NCBI GenBank assembly: GCA_039621445.1
Contig: CP154954.1
Coordinates: 34,135,737-34,199,736 of the forward strand
DNA: 64,000 nt
Reading direction: 5' to 3'
Source: Euglena gracilis
Taxonomy: Eukaryota
The translations under genes and the position numbers were made by a program. The number at the start of each line of letters is the position of its first letter. Position 1 is the stretch's first letter. Under the pieces are notes generated by a model. The model saw nothing but the letters and a program-made list of their open reading frames with translations. It was not told where the DNA came from and searched no databases. Positions 12,101 to 23,571 of this stretch are shown here, in pieces.

Positions 12101-15100
12101 CGCCCGCCACGGGCAAAATTGCGGCTATCCGCCCGCCGCCCTTCGCAACAGTTAGGTAAAGGATCGCCGACCTCTAGCCGGGGCAGAGCGCCCGTTTTTG
12201 GAGCGCCGGCGCAGCCGATTTCGGCCGAAAACGGCCAAAAAATGACGTTTTTGGGGGCGTCCGTTACTTACGTGCTATTTTGCGCCTCCCGGGCGGTAAC
12301 GGCTGCGTTTTACGCACGCCCGCCACGGGCAAAATTGCGGCTATCCGCCCGCCGCCCTTCGCAACAGTTAGGTAAAGGATCGCCGACCTCTAGCCGGGGC
12401 AGAGCGCCCGTTTTTGGAGCGCCGGCGCAGCCGATTTCGGCCGAAAACGGCCTAAAAAAGACCTTTTGGGGGCGTCCGATACTTACGTGCTATTTTGCGC
12501 CTCCCGGGCGGTAACGGCTGCGTTTTACGCACGCCCGCCACGGGCAAAATTGCGGCTATCCGCCCGCCGCCCTTCGCAACAGTCAGGTAAAGGACCGCCG
12601 ACCTCTAGCCGGGGCAGAGCGCCCGTTTTTGGAGCGCCGGCGCAGCCGATTTCGGCCGAAAACGGCCTAAAAAAGACGTTTTTTGGGGCGTCCGTTACTT
12701 ACGTTCTATTTTGCGCCTCCCGGGCGGTAACGGCTGCGTTTTACGCACGCCCGCCACGGGCAAAATTGCGGCTATCCGCCCGCCGCCCTTCGCAACAGTC
12801 AGGTAAAGGACCGCCGACCTCTAGCCGGGGCAGAGCGCCCGTTTTTGGAGCGCCGGCGCAGCCGATTTCGGCCGAAAACGGCCAAAAATGACGGTTTTGG
12901 AGGCGTCCGTGACTTACGTGCTATTTTGCGCCTCCCGGGCGGTAACGGCTGCGTTTTACGCACGCCCGCCGCGGGCAAAATTGCGGCTATCCGCCCGCCG
13001 CCATTCGCGACAGTTCGGTAAAGGATGGCCCACCTCTAGCCGGGGCAGAGCGCCCGTTTTTGGAGCGCCGGCGCAGCCGATTTCGGCCGAAAACGGCCAA
13101 AAAATGACGTTTTTGGAGGCGTCCGTGACTTACGTGCTATTTTGCGCGTCCCGTGCGGTAACGGCTGCGTTTTGCGCACGCCCGCCACGGGCAAAATTAC
13201 GGCTATCCGCCCGCCGCCCTTCGCAACAGTCAGGTAAAGGACCGCCGACCTCCGGGGGGCCAGAGCGCCCGTTTTTTGGAGCGCCGGCGCAGCCGATTTC
13301 GGCCGAAAACGGCAAAAAATGACGTTTTTGGGGGCGTCCGTTACTTACGTGCTATTTTGCGCCTCCCGGGCGGTAACGGCTGCGTTTTATGCACGCCCGC
13401 CACGGGCAAAATTGCGGCTATCTGCCCGCCGCCCTTCGCAACAGTCAGGTAAAGTACCGCCGACCTCTAGCCGGGGCAGAGCGCCCGTTTTTGGAGCGCC
13501 GGCGCAGCCCATTTCGGCCGAAAACGGCGTAAAAAGACGTTTTGGGGGCGTCCGATACTTACGTGCTATTTTGCGCCTCCCGGGCGGTAACGGCTGCGTT
13601 TTACGCACGCCCGCCACGGGCAAAATTGCGGCTATCCGCCCGCCGCCCTTCGCAACAGTTAGGTAAAGGATGGCCGACCTCTAGCCGGGGCAGAGCGCCC
13701 GTTTTTGGAGCGCCGGCGCAGCCGATTTCGGCCGAAAACGGCCAAAAAATGACGTTTTTGGGGGCGTCCGTTACTTACGTGCTATTTTGCGCCTCCCGGG
13801 CGGTAACGGCTGCGTTTTACGCACGCCCGCCACGGGCAAAATTGCGGCTATCCGCCTGCCGCCCTTCGCAACAGTCAGGTAAAGGACCGCCGACTTCTAG
13901 CCGGGGCAGAGCGCCCGTTTTTGGAGCGCGGGCGCAGCCGATTTCGGCCGAAAACGGCCTAAAAAAGACGTTTTGGGGGCGTCCGATACTTACGTGCTAT
14001 TTTGCGCCTCCCGGGCGGTAACGGCTGCGTTTTACGCACGCCCGCCACGGGCAAAATTGCGGCTATCCGCCCGCCGCCCTTTGCAACAGTCAGGTAAAGG
14101 ACCGCCGACCTCTAGCCGGGGCAGAGCGCCCGTTTTTGGAGCGCCGGCGCAGCCGATTTCGGCCGAAAATGGCCAAAAAAGACGTTTTTTGGGGCGTCCG
14201 TTACTTACGTGCTATTTTGCGCCTCCCGGGCGGTAACGGCTGCGTTTTACGCACGCCCGCCACGGGCAAAATTGCGGCTATCCGCCCGCCGCCCTTCGCA
14301 ACAGTCAGGTAAAGGACCGCCGACCTCTAGCCGGGGCAGAGCACCCGTTTTTGCAGCGCGGGCGCAGCCGATTTCGGCCGAAAACGGCCAAAAAAAGACG
14401 TTTTTGGGGGCGTCCGTTACTTACGTGCTATTTTACGCCTCCCGGGCGGTAACGGCTGCGTTTTACGCACGGCCGCCACTGGCAAAGTTGCGGCTATCCG
14501 CCCGCCGCCCTTCGCAACAGTTAGGAAAAGGATCGCTGACCTCTAGCCGGGGCAGAGCGCCCGTTTTTGGAGCGCCGGCGCAGCCGATTTCGGCCGAAAA
14601 CGGCCAAAAAAGACGTTTTTGGGGGCGTCCGTTACTTACGTGCTATTTTGCGCCTCCCGGGCGGTAACGGCTGCGTTTTACGCACGCCCGCCACGGGCAA
14701 AATTACGGCTATCCGCCCGCCGCCCTTCACAACAGTTAGGTAAAGGAGCGCCGACCTCTAGCCGGGGCAGGCTCGTTTTTGGAGCGCCGGCGCAGCCGAT
14801 TTCGGCCGAAAACGGCCAAAAAACACATTTTTGGGGGCGTCCATTACTTACGTGCTTTTTTGCGCCTCCCGGGCGGTAACGGCTGCGTTTTACGCACGCC
14901 CGCCGCGGGCAAAGTTACGGCTATCCGCCCGCCGCCCTTCGCAACAGTTAGGTAAAGGATCGCCGACCTCTAGCCGCGGCGGAGCGCCCGTTTTTGGAGC
15001 GCCGGCGCAGCGGATTTCGGCCGAAAACGGCCAAAAAATGACGTTTTTGGGGGCGTCCGTTACTTACGTGCTATTTTGCGCCTCCCGGGCGGTAACGGCT

Positions 15101-15860
15101 GCGTTTTACGCACGCCCGCCACGGGCAAAATTACGGCTATCCGCCCGCCGCCCTTCGCAACGGTTCGGTAAAGGATCGCCGACCTCTAGCCGGGGCAGAG
15201 CGCCCGTTTTTGGAGCGCCGGCGCAGCCGATTTCGGCCGAAAACGGCCAAAAAAATGACGTTTTTGGGGGCGTCCGTTACTTACGTGCTATTTTGCGCCT
15301 CCCGGGCGGTAACGGCTGCGTTTTACGCACGCCCGCCGTGGGCAAAATTGCGGCTATCCGCCCGCAGCCATTCGCAACAGTTCGGTAAAGGATCGCCGAC
15401 CTCTAACCGGGGCAGAGCGCCCATTTTTGGAGCACCGGCGCAGCCGATTTCGGCCGAAAACGGCCAAAAAAAGACGTTTTTTGGGGCGTCCGTTACTTAC
15501 GTGCTATTTTACGCCTCCCGGGTGGTAACGGCTGCGTTTTACGCACGGGCAAAATTGCGGCTATCCGCCCGCCGCCCTTCGCAACAGTCAGGTAAAGGAC
15601 CGCCGACCTCTAGCCGCGGCAGTGCGCCCGTTTTTGGAGCGCGGGCGCAGCCGATTTCGGCCGAAAACGGCCAAAAAATGACGTTTTTGGGGGCGTCCGT
15701 TACTTACGTGCTATTTTGCGCCTCCCGGGCGGTAACGGCTGCGTTTTACGCACGCCCGCCACGGGCAAAATTGCGGCTATCCGCCCGCCGCCCTTCGCAA
15801 CAGTCAGGTAAAGGATCGCCGACCTCTAGCCGGGGCAGAGCGCCCGTTTTTGGAGCGCCG
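6193..15860 (+). repeat. ~216-bp tandem satellite, block 2 (forward orientation, subfamily A)
   Basis: Reverse complement of block 1 monomers. Diagnostic bases GGCCAAAAAA, GCGCCCGTTT, TTTTTGGGGG, frequent CCACGGG. Confidence 0.97.
15857..15860. other. 4-bp target-site duplication GCCG (partner at 28549-28552)
   Basis: Satellite GGAGC-GCCG-GCGCAGCC is split as GGAGCGCCG|element|GCCGGCGCAGCC. Confidence 0.92.
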
Positions 15861-16653
15861 TGTCCACCGGGTCCACCACTCCCGGGCCGCCGGTCGCCCC
15901 CGCGACCGCCGAGTCCCTTCGGGCCGAGGGCCCCGGGGGGTCCTCGCCGGTGGGGAGGACCACCGACAGGGGGGGTGGTGTTTCCGGGGTGGGGCCTGCG
16001 CTTTCCCCGGGGGTTGGTGGGCTCAAGTCAACCCCCGTTTTTTCACCCAGGTGGTTTCCCCACCCCCAGCCGCTGCGTAGGATCGTTTTTTTAGCGGTTT
16101 CCGAAATTTTGCTCAAAATCGAAAAAATCTGCCATTTGCATTACAAATCTCACTTCTCTCTCTCTCACACACACCTTGATGGCAAACCAACCCAAAGACC
16201 AACCACCAACCAACCCACGTTGGGACTTTGAGACCTTGGATTGAGAAACCGAAACTGTGGAATGTCCAAATGGAATGTGACAAACCTGGGGTAAGGAGTG
16301 GTCGTCGGGGGTGAAAGCGGAGGCGAAGGTGAAGATATAGGAGGGTGGGCGGTGGTGTTAAAGGTTCCTTCAACAATTTGACTTCAATGAATCAATGACC
16401 AACAATGAAACTCAATTTGCAACTCCGATTCAAAGTCCAATTGACAAATTCAATACAATAGTATTCCTTCTTGCCAAATATTGGGGAAAACCCCTCAAGT
16501 TCTGTGAAAAATGACGAATTTGAAAGCGCAAACTAATTTGACCCGCTTCCAATTTAAGTCGCGGGTTTTTTTAACTGGTTGGCTGTTACCTGCGACTTTG
16601 AAATTTGCGCTTTCTGGCAATTTTTGGCTGCCGGCGAAAGCCGGCGGCCGACA
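15861..16653 (-). repeat. 3' LTR (793 bp)
   Basis: Near-identical to 27762-28548. Begins TGTCCACCGG and ends GGCCGACA on the + strand. Adjacent to the PPT. Confidence 0.95.
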
Positions 16654-16664
16654 CCCCCTCCCTT
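16654..16664 (-). promoter_or_regulatory. Polypurine tract (PPT) AAGGGAGGGGG
   Basis: Purine run directly abutting the start of the 3' LTR on the coding (minus) strand. Confidence 0.85.
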
Positions 16665-16919
16665 GCGACCTTAGTCGGACACCAAAAATTCGACCCCCCC
16701 CGTTCCTCAACAACGGCGGGGAAATCCTCCATTCGGCACTCTTTCATCCAAAGCCTATGTCCCACACCCATTCTCCCTTGAATCAACAAATGGGAAACAA
16801 ACTTCAGGGACTATGGCTTTCAAGTGCCTTCAAACCTTTGGGAAAGACTTGGTTCACCATGAATATTAGGCTGCCCCCCCCCGCTTCTCACGGGTGGTAT
16901 GAGGGTCTTCACCAATTTA

Positions 16920-17200
16920 TGCCCCCCCCCCTTCCAACGGGTCGGGGGAGTTTTGGTAAAAATTCGGTTGGCGTCCCCCCCCCCCTTCGGGTCGGGGAGA
17001 TTTTTGGTAAAAATTCAGTTGGTAAAAGTTCGGTGTGGTAAAAATTCGATTTTTGGTAAAAATTCCCCCTTCGGGTCGGGGGAATTTTTGTCAAAAAAAT
17101 CGAACGCCCCCCCCCCCCTCCTCGGGCCGGGGGGAATTTTTGTCAAAAAAATCGAACGCCCCCCCCCCCCCTCCTCGGGCCGGGGGGATTTTTGTCAAAA
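16920..17200. repeat. C-run/G-run minisatellite in the element's 3' non-coding region
   Basis: Units like CCCCCCTTCGGGTCGGGGAGATTTTTGGTAAAAATTC, and two copies of AAAATCGAACG(C)nTCCTCGGGCCGGGGG(A)ATTTTTGTC. Confidence 0.75.
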
Positions 17201-17663
17201 AAACTCTGTCCCCAAAACCAACCGAGTGAGGGCTCATAATGTGACCAAGGACTCCCAACCACAGTGTAATCCATCCTCATCCACACATCCGAATGATTTG
17301 AGGAGGAACCCTTATAACACCACCGCGTGACCGTAATGGGAGGGGAAGCAATGCGAGGGGTGGGGAGAGGGAGAGGGAAGGGAAGAGGGACAGCGAACGG
17401 CAATATAATAGATGGGCAGTGAATATTCTGTGGTGCCCCGGCCCCCTTGCGGGGCCTTTTTCTACCTTTCTCCATTCTCCTTGTAAATTTCTTGCATTTG
17501 TACATTCTCCCGTTCACACACCCGTGCGCGTGTGCGCACAAACACACACACGGACGTGCAAAGCCGGCTTTTGAATTTTGATGTTGGGTTAAAAACAGCA
17601 CTTTGCCTTCCCACTTGGTTCGCTGTAGAGCCTTTGACAGGGCCTTATGGCTCACCTTAGAGC

Positions 17664-17890
17664 CTATGGCCCACCGTCAATTTTAAGTTCGGACGTTATG
17701 TCCATTTTCACTTTTTTCTCACGGCAATACTTCACAAACTCCCCACTGAAACGGTGAATGAAATTTCCAGCCGGTTCCCAGGTCTCCTCCCCGTCCTCAT
17801 ATCCGACCCACTTGGTCAAAAATTACACTTTTGAAGCCATTTTCCATCTTTTCCTTTCCGGTGCTTTATAATTTTTTCCACCTCCCACTC
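17664..17890 (-). pseudogene. C-terminal chromodomain (split by a frameshift near 17820-17835)
   Basis: EWEVEKIIKHRKGKDGKW in the ORF frame, continuing in another frame as LTKWVGYEDGEETWEPAGNF...GP* (TAG at 17664-17666). Confidence 0.88.
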
Positions 17891-18995
17891 ATCAGGTAAT
17901 GCCTCTTCTTCTTTTTCGGTCCGTTTATAGTAAAAAAGAGGCACCCTCTTACCTTCCACTTGGGGTTCCCGATACTCCTTCAAAAAACTCCTATGAGCTT
18001 TTGTCTCCACCCCAGATTTCATCTCAATTACATAACTCCGTTCCCCTTCTCTACCCTTCACGACCCCAGGTCCCACCCACCTAGAGTCAAGCTTCTCACC
18101 CGACCCCTCGGGTCTCCTATACCAAACCGTCGTCCCCACCTTTAGAGGTTCCATTTCTTTCGTCCCCTTATTTATCCTTACCACCTCCTCCTCATGCGTT
18201 TTGTTGAGTATCCTAGCAATCCTCCCATCAATGTCTTGCATCCTTTGGAAAAACTCCACCGAATCCTCACATTCTTTGGGTGGTTGGTAGGGTACCCCTG
18301 CCAATGGTCTTTCCCTTCCAGTCACAATTTCATATGGGCTCAATCCGCTTTCCGCTTTTACGTCATGAATTCGGTCCAGAACTCGTGGTAAAGCTTCAAC
18401 CCAATTAATTTTTTCTTCCACATACAATTTTCTCAACACCTCCATTACCTGTTGTCCGGCTCTCTCAACCCTCCCGTTTGCTTGATGGTGGTATGCTTGG
18501 GAATACGCTTGCCTAATCCCCAAAAGAGCACCCATGTTTTTCCACCAAATTCTTTTTAGATGGCTCCCTTGGTCACTTGAGATGACCGAGGGAACCCCAA
18601 AAGGCCTCCACTGATTTTTCACCATTTCCTTAGCCAACTTGGCACCGGTTAATCCCTTGTCCTTGCATGCAACCCCCACAATCCAACCCGAATGCCTATC
18701 CACACAAAGGGCTAGGGTGTCGTACTCCCCCCCGTCGTGTAAAACCCTTGGCATTCGAAACAAATCGATGGCAACACTTGTCATTAGTGCAGGGGGTATG
18801 GGTGTGGACTCGATCGGTCCTTTCAAACTCTCCCCCCTCACACTCGCTTGGCATGTGGAACAATTTTTTGCTGCAATTTTGGTTGAGTTGCTTTGCAACC
18901 TTTTCATCAGCCCAAACCAAACGGATTGTCATGTGTTTCCAAACTTTTTCAGGGCCAACGTGCCCCAAAAACGTGTGATTTTCTTGAATCACCAA
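17890..18995 (-). pseudogene. Integrase (HHCC zinc finger, DDE core, GPY/F-like module; frameshift in the HHCC region)
   Basis: HTFLGH...CSTC, VAIDLF, ISSDQG, NGRVERAG and RWVGPGVV. Confidence 0.93.
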
Positions 18996-19580
18996 AGCTT
19001 GGAACTTTCAGGCACACACAACTTTTCCTCGAAAAACAGTTGACCGTTCAAGACTTTATAGCTTTTGAGCCAAACTGAAAAACCTTTGGTAGCCTCCGAT
19101 TTTTCTTTCCATGTTGGGCATCGGGAATATGCTTCCCCCCAATCACGCTCCCATACGGGCTTAATATCCTTAGGGGTCGTACTTGGCAGGGCGTCCCCCA
19201 CTTCCATACGAGTGTCCCCCCTCGAACTTTCAGCCGTCTCCGGGACAGGGGTCGTCTCCCCCCCCACTTTCTCATCCCAAAAATGAACTCGTTTCTTTTC
19301 TTTCCTGGGCCCTTGTGAGTGGGTGTCCACAGGGGTGTCTTTTCCTCCTGGGTCTACCCCACCCTCGGTTCCCCTCCTTGTGCACTCTCCTTTTTCCTCC
19401 TCAGGTGTTACGTTTTTGCCACTTCGGGTTGTCACCCCCCCATATCCCGGCATTACGTAAATTGAGCTGGTTTTTGATTCTTATCTCCAAACACTGTTTT
19501 TCCTCTTCTTTTTCCTCCCGGATAAAATTTTCCATTTCATCCTTGTCTTCGGCCGACCCATGCTTACTTATATCCCTTAG

Positions 19581-20265
19581 TGTGAGTCAGGGGTGCTGAG
19601 TGCCCTGGTAAGTTAGCTAACCTCAGGCGCTAACCTTAAAAGCTAACCCAGGCGCCCACAGAACTAACCAGGGGACTTGACCCAACCAGGGGCCTACTGT
19701 TTCAGTGATGAAACAATTAGGATAACCCCCTCCTAACTGAATTTTAACCCCTGGCCACATTTTGACCACTGACTCCCACAGGGCTCTGTCACCACTCTGG
19801 ACTCAATCTGATTATCCATTTGCCATTGGCATATCTGGTTCAAGTTTCAAGTCATTTCAAGTTTGTCAAGATTTCACTGGAGTGGACGTTGATTATCTGG
19901 TCAATGTTGTGGTCAGAAGTGAAGTTTGAAGCAGGGTTGTTGCTGCCAGTGGACCTAAGTTCCCCCCGTTCGCCGGCATCGAAGACTGCTTCACTCAATC
20001 CAGCGATCAGCGATCTGACCTCGACGTGAAGGCATTTCAGTGCTTTGATCAAGACCGACAGGTGTTTATACCCTTTGTGACCCCCCCAAGGACCCACCCC
20101 CCCAACCCGAGAAGGAAAAAGTTATAACTAAGGAAAATGAAACATTTTTTTTTAACAAAGGCCGCGCATTGAAATTCAACTGGGCAGGGTAATCGATCCT
20201 ACGCGGGGACAGGGAGACCCCACGGACCCGAACCCGGAGCAGCAAAGGGGGATGTCCCGTACAAA
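19581..20265. mobile_element. 685-bp nested insertion, probable solo LTR of a different family
   Basis: TTAG is duplicated at 19577-19580 and 20266-20269. Removing the insert restores ...AYPASQAL-RDISKHGSAEDK in frame. The insert begins TGTGAG and ends GTACA(AA). Confidence 0.8.
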
Positions 20266-20744
20266 TTAGGGCCTGTGAAGCTGGGTATGCCCCCCGACTA
20301 AGGATATCAGCTATGGTATTTTCTTTAGCCGGGATATCCCACCGTCAAGTCATACTTGGGGAAAATTTGATGCCATCTCGCCCTCCTCCCAACCGGACCA
20401 CTGGGGGTGTCTAGGACCTCCCTTGTCCAAGGCTCCAAACTTTTGTGGTCGGTTAAAACCAAAACGGGTTGCAATCCAATCCAACTTTCCCATTTTTGTA
20501 GTGCCAAAATTATGGCATACGTCTCCAACTCCCTGGGGGTCCATTTTCTTTGCCCCTCGGTCAAGTTTCGAGACATAAAAGCCACTGGCACAGTGTTTTT
20601 CTCAATCACATCCTGAGCTGGGGGTCTTCCTCCCCCCTCCTTCATTTGCTCTAACGTTGCCCCCACGGCGTACCCACTGGCATCAACCCTTAGCACAAAA
20701 GGTTTATCTGGGTCTACCCTTTGCAACATTAGGCCTGAACACAA
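20266..20744 (-). pseudogene. RNase H
   Basis: LRVDASGYAVGATL, RELETYAI and LTDHKSL. After a frameshift, KENTIADILSR supplies the last catalytic Asp. Confidence 0.93.
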
Positions 20745-21740
20745 CCTTTTTTTTCAGCTCCTAAAAAAGCTTTTAGATCCTCCCCATCAAATTCCACAGG
20801 TTTTCGACTTCTTTTCTTTCCCACCTCCCTTGGGACTTTCAATTTGTCTTGCAGCCGGGCAGCTACTTCCGCATACATGTGAATGTATGCATTGTAATAA
20901 TTTGTGAACCCCAAAAAGGCTCTCAAAGCCGTAATTTTTTTTGGAACCTCCCACTTTTCGATCGCTCGTAACTTACCCGGTGCAGGCCTCCTAGTCCCAT
21001 TTCCTAAAATCTGTCCACAAAATTAAACCTCCTCCACAAAAAGTTTGGCTTTGAAATTCATCAGCCACCAAAAGTTCTGTTTTCAGCACCTCCAACACCC
21101 TTCTCAAATCTTTTTCGTGTGCCCCCACGAGGTCCTCCCCTTCCCCGACCGTTGTCCCCACCAGTATGTCGTCTATGTACCCTGTGGCGATATCCCTTAC
21201 TGGTGTCAAACGGTCATCGATCATTTGCTGAAATTGCTTGGGGGCTTTTGTCAAACCCATTACGTTCACCCTCCACTGAAAAATCCCTTTGGGGGTGAAA
21301 CAACACGTTATGGGTCGACTTTCTGAGTGTAAGGTTGTTGGTGAAAAGCTTGCTTCAAATCGATGATCGAAAACATTTGGTTTGCACCATGTTTGACCAA
21401 AATGTCTTCAATTTTGGGTAGGGGGTAGTTGCATCGCCTTGTTTGGCTGTTTGGCCCCCTGAGGTCCACCACCCCCCTCCAAGGAAAATCGTTGGATTTT
21501 TTTGGAACTGGAAAAGTCTGGGACAGCCATTCTGAATTTTTGGCTGTGGCTGGCTCAATGTATTTTTTGTCAAGCCAGTCTTGGGTGATTTTTTCAAGTG
21601 CCTCTTTCCTCTCACCGTGCATGAAAAAAGGCTTCTGTCCGGTTGGTTTTGTCCCCTCCTTCAGCGGTATGTATGCATAACCATATTGTCCTCTTTCAGG
21701 GGGGTCTGGAAATGGCGATGACCGAAATACCGTCCCCCGG
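20729..21740 (-). pseudogene. pol: Reverse transcriptase (several frameshifts)
   Basis: WRGVVDLRGPN, YPLPKIEDIL, FSIIDLKQAFHQ, MGL..AP..FQ, YIDDILV and RAFLGFTNYY are all Ty3/Gypsy RT motifs. Confidence 0.95.
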
Positions 21741-22099
21741 TAATCTTCCAAAACTTGCTCCCTCAACTTGACTACCCGTTCCTCCTCTTTTTTGTCCTTC
21801 CCCTCCCTTGCAATTATCATTCGGTTGATAACTTGCACTGGGGGGTCACTTCCCTCCAAATTTGTGGCAACCTCTCCTAGGTCCTCATCACTCAAAAATT
21901 GCAATTCCTGGTCCAACCCTTCCAAAGGCAAACAAAGACCAAGTTTTTGCAACCCAAATGAAGACCCGTCCGCCACAGTCACATTGTCCACTAAAAAATT
22001 TGTGTCATCCCTGAATTTTTGCGGACCCCTCCGTCTTTCAACACCCGGCAAAAAAATCAGGTCGGGGCTGTCTTTCAACAACGCCTTGTGGTGTTGAAA

Positions 22100-22492
22100 A
22101 ATTCCCAGTTTTGCCTCCGCCAACCATGGATAAGAAAGAATGGCATCAACTTTGATGTTTGCCTCATAAAATTCAACCACATATTCCACACACTCAATTT
22201 CCCTTTCCTCATTCCAATTTTATTGTAGGATCATTTTCACCTTAGCACATCTGCTCCCCCCCGCCAAAGTTTGCCCATTGGCAGTTTCAAACCTTAACGG
22301 GTCCTTAGCAGGATACATTAGGTGGTCCCCTATCAACCCTTGTCGAATGAGGTTTGCCTCCGCCCCCGTATCAATCAAAATTCTGGCCGTTTTTTCCTCC
22401 CCATTTGCCAACTTAATCTGGGTTTTTAACAGCAGTTGTCTGTCCTCCCCAAGTTTCTTCGATCCTCCCCGAGTTTTCGTCCCCCTCAACAT
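22100..22492 (-). pseudogene. Retroviral-type aspartic protease (frameshifted near 22200)
   Basis: ARILIDTGAEANLI (DTG active site). The C-terminal DAILSYPWL segment lies in the next frame. Confidence 0.88.
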
Positions 22493-22563
22493 TCTTTTTT
22501 TTCAGCCGCACCAATTTTTTCTTCCCTGGGGCTGCCCCCCCCCCCCTGGGAGGGTTGCCTTCT

Positions 22564-22956
22564 ATCGATCAACAAGGCCCACACCCCCCAACGGGTACCC
22601 CTCAAAATCCTCCCATCAGCCTCAAACAACTTTGTCCCCTTGGGAAAAAAAATCTTTTTGACAGCCATAGCCACCAGATTTTTCACCCACCTCCTATTCC
22701 AGTCTGGGCAAATACAAATCGCCCGACAATTGGAATTTTGCAATTTTTCAGCCACCTCAGGCCACAAAGTCCAGGGGGGTTCATCCACAACATTTCCTCC
22801 GCCCCCCCAATCCTTTTTCATGGCATCATCATCCTCCCCGTAAAACTTTTCACACCTGGCATTTTGGCTGGTTGCAAAACAATCCCGTTCCGCCTTAACC
22901 CGAAATTCCTTCTCAATTTCCTCCATACAAACTTTCCTAACAGCATAATCCTCCCT
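22564..22956 (-). CDS. Dam-like amino (N6-adenine) DNA methyltransferase domain, with a compensated frameshift over motif IV
   Basis: DCFATSQNARCEKFY...DAMKKDW...PPW...ICICPDW matches the D-x-F-A...N...F...DA...W...NPP(F/W/Y)...P-x-W pattern of phage/DIRS Dam-like domains. The adjacent frame at 22773-22799 reads EEMLWMNPP. Confidence 0.72.
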
Positions 22957-22980
22957 ACGATATCCGCTTTTTCGTTCCAA

Positions 22981-23571
22981 CACGGTTAACAAATACTCCA
23001 CCAGTTGTTTGGGCATCCTCCATTTTTTCTGAGTACCAACTGTCATTCCATATCCTCCCAACTTTTCTCGGTGACTCCTCCCCCCAGGAATCAAATTCGG
23101 GCAGGTCTGGCCATCACAAAGTTTGTTTTGTAGCTTGCTCAGATTTTCGCTCCCCCAGATTCGGGTGGGCTTTTGATATCCCCAATCTGAAAATTGACAA
23201 TAATCAACATCGACAAAAGTCAGATTTTGAACACAGGGTCTTTTCCGCAAAAGTCCATGACGGGGATTTTCAATCCACCACAATTTTGGCTTGAAATATT
23301 CGACAATCTCCAAAGTTTTTTTGACCAGCCGATCTGCCCCCTCCAAATTTCTGACTCCCAATGTTTTGGCCAAGCTATATTCTGTACAGGGCACCCCCGC
23401 AGCGATGATCTGAAAATATCCGGGGGGGTACCTCCAATATCTCCACTCCAAAATATTTGCACAGTGGGTTGGGTTAAATCTGGGGTTTATGTCCACTGAC
23501 ACAACCTTAAACCCCTGCTCTCTCAGGCAATCCCCAACCGAGCCTTTACCGCAAAAAAGGTCTAAAGCTCT
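22981..23571 (-). CDS. DNA (cytosine-5)-methyltransferase domain within ORF 22486-23820
   Basis: Canonical motif order: I ALDLFCGKG, II VVSVD, IV AGVPCTEYS (catalytic Pro-Cys), VI WWIENP, VIII-like DYCQF...YQKPTRIW, X-like RMPKQLVEYL. The frame is uninterrupted. Confidence 0.88.

Noticed and set aside
1-15860. CRISPR-like array suggested by palindromic repeats
   Set aside because: There are no unique spacers because the whole monomer repeats, and there are no cas genes.
16580-16653. Derivation of the satellite from the LTR end
   Set aside because: Only short GC-rich matches (GTTACC, GCAATTTT, GCCGGCG) are visible, with no extended colinear alignment.
19605-19750. Telomere-like TAACC motifs
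   Set aside because: Scattered and not tandem, inside the nested insertion.
22564-22956. Classification as a DIRS element because of the Dam-like domain
   Set aside because: Direct LTRs, a TSD, a protease and a DDE integrase are present. No tyrosine recombinase is seen.
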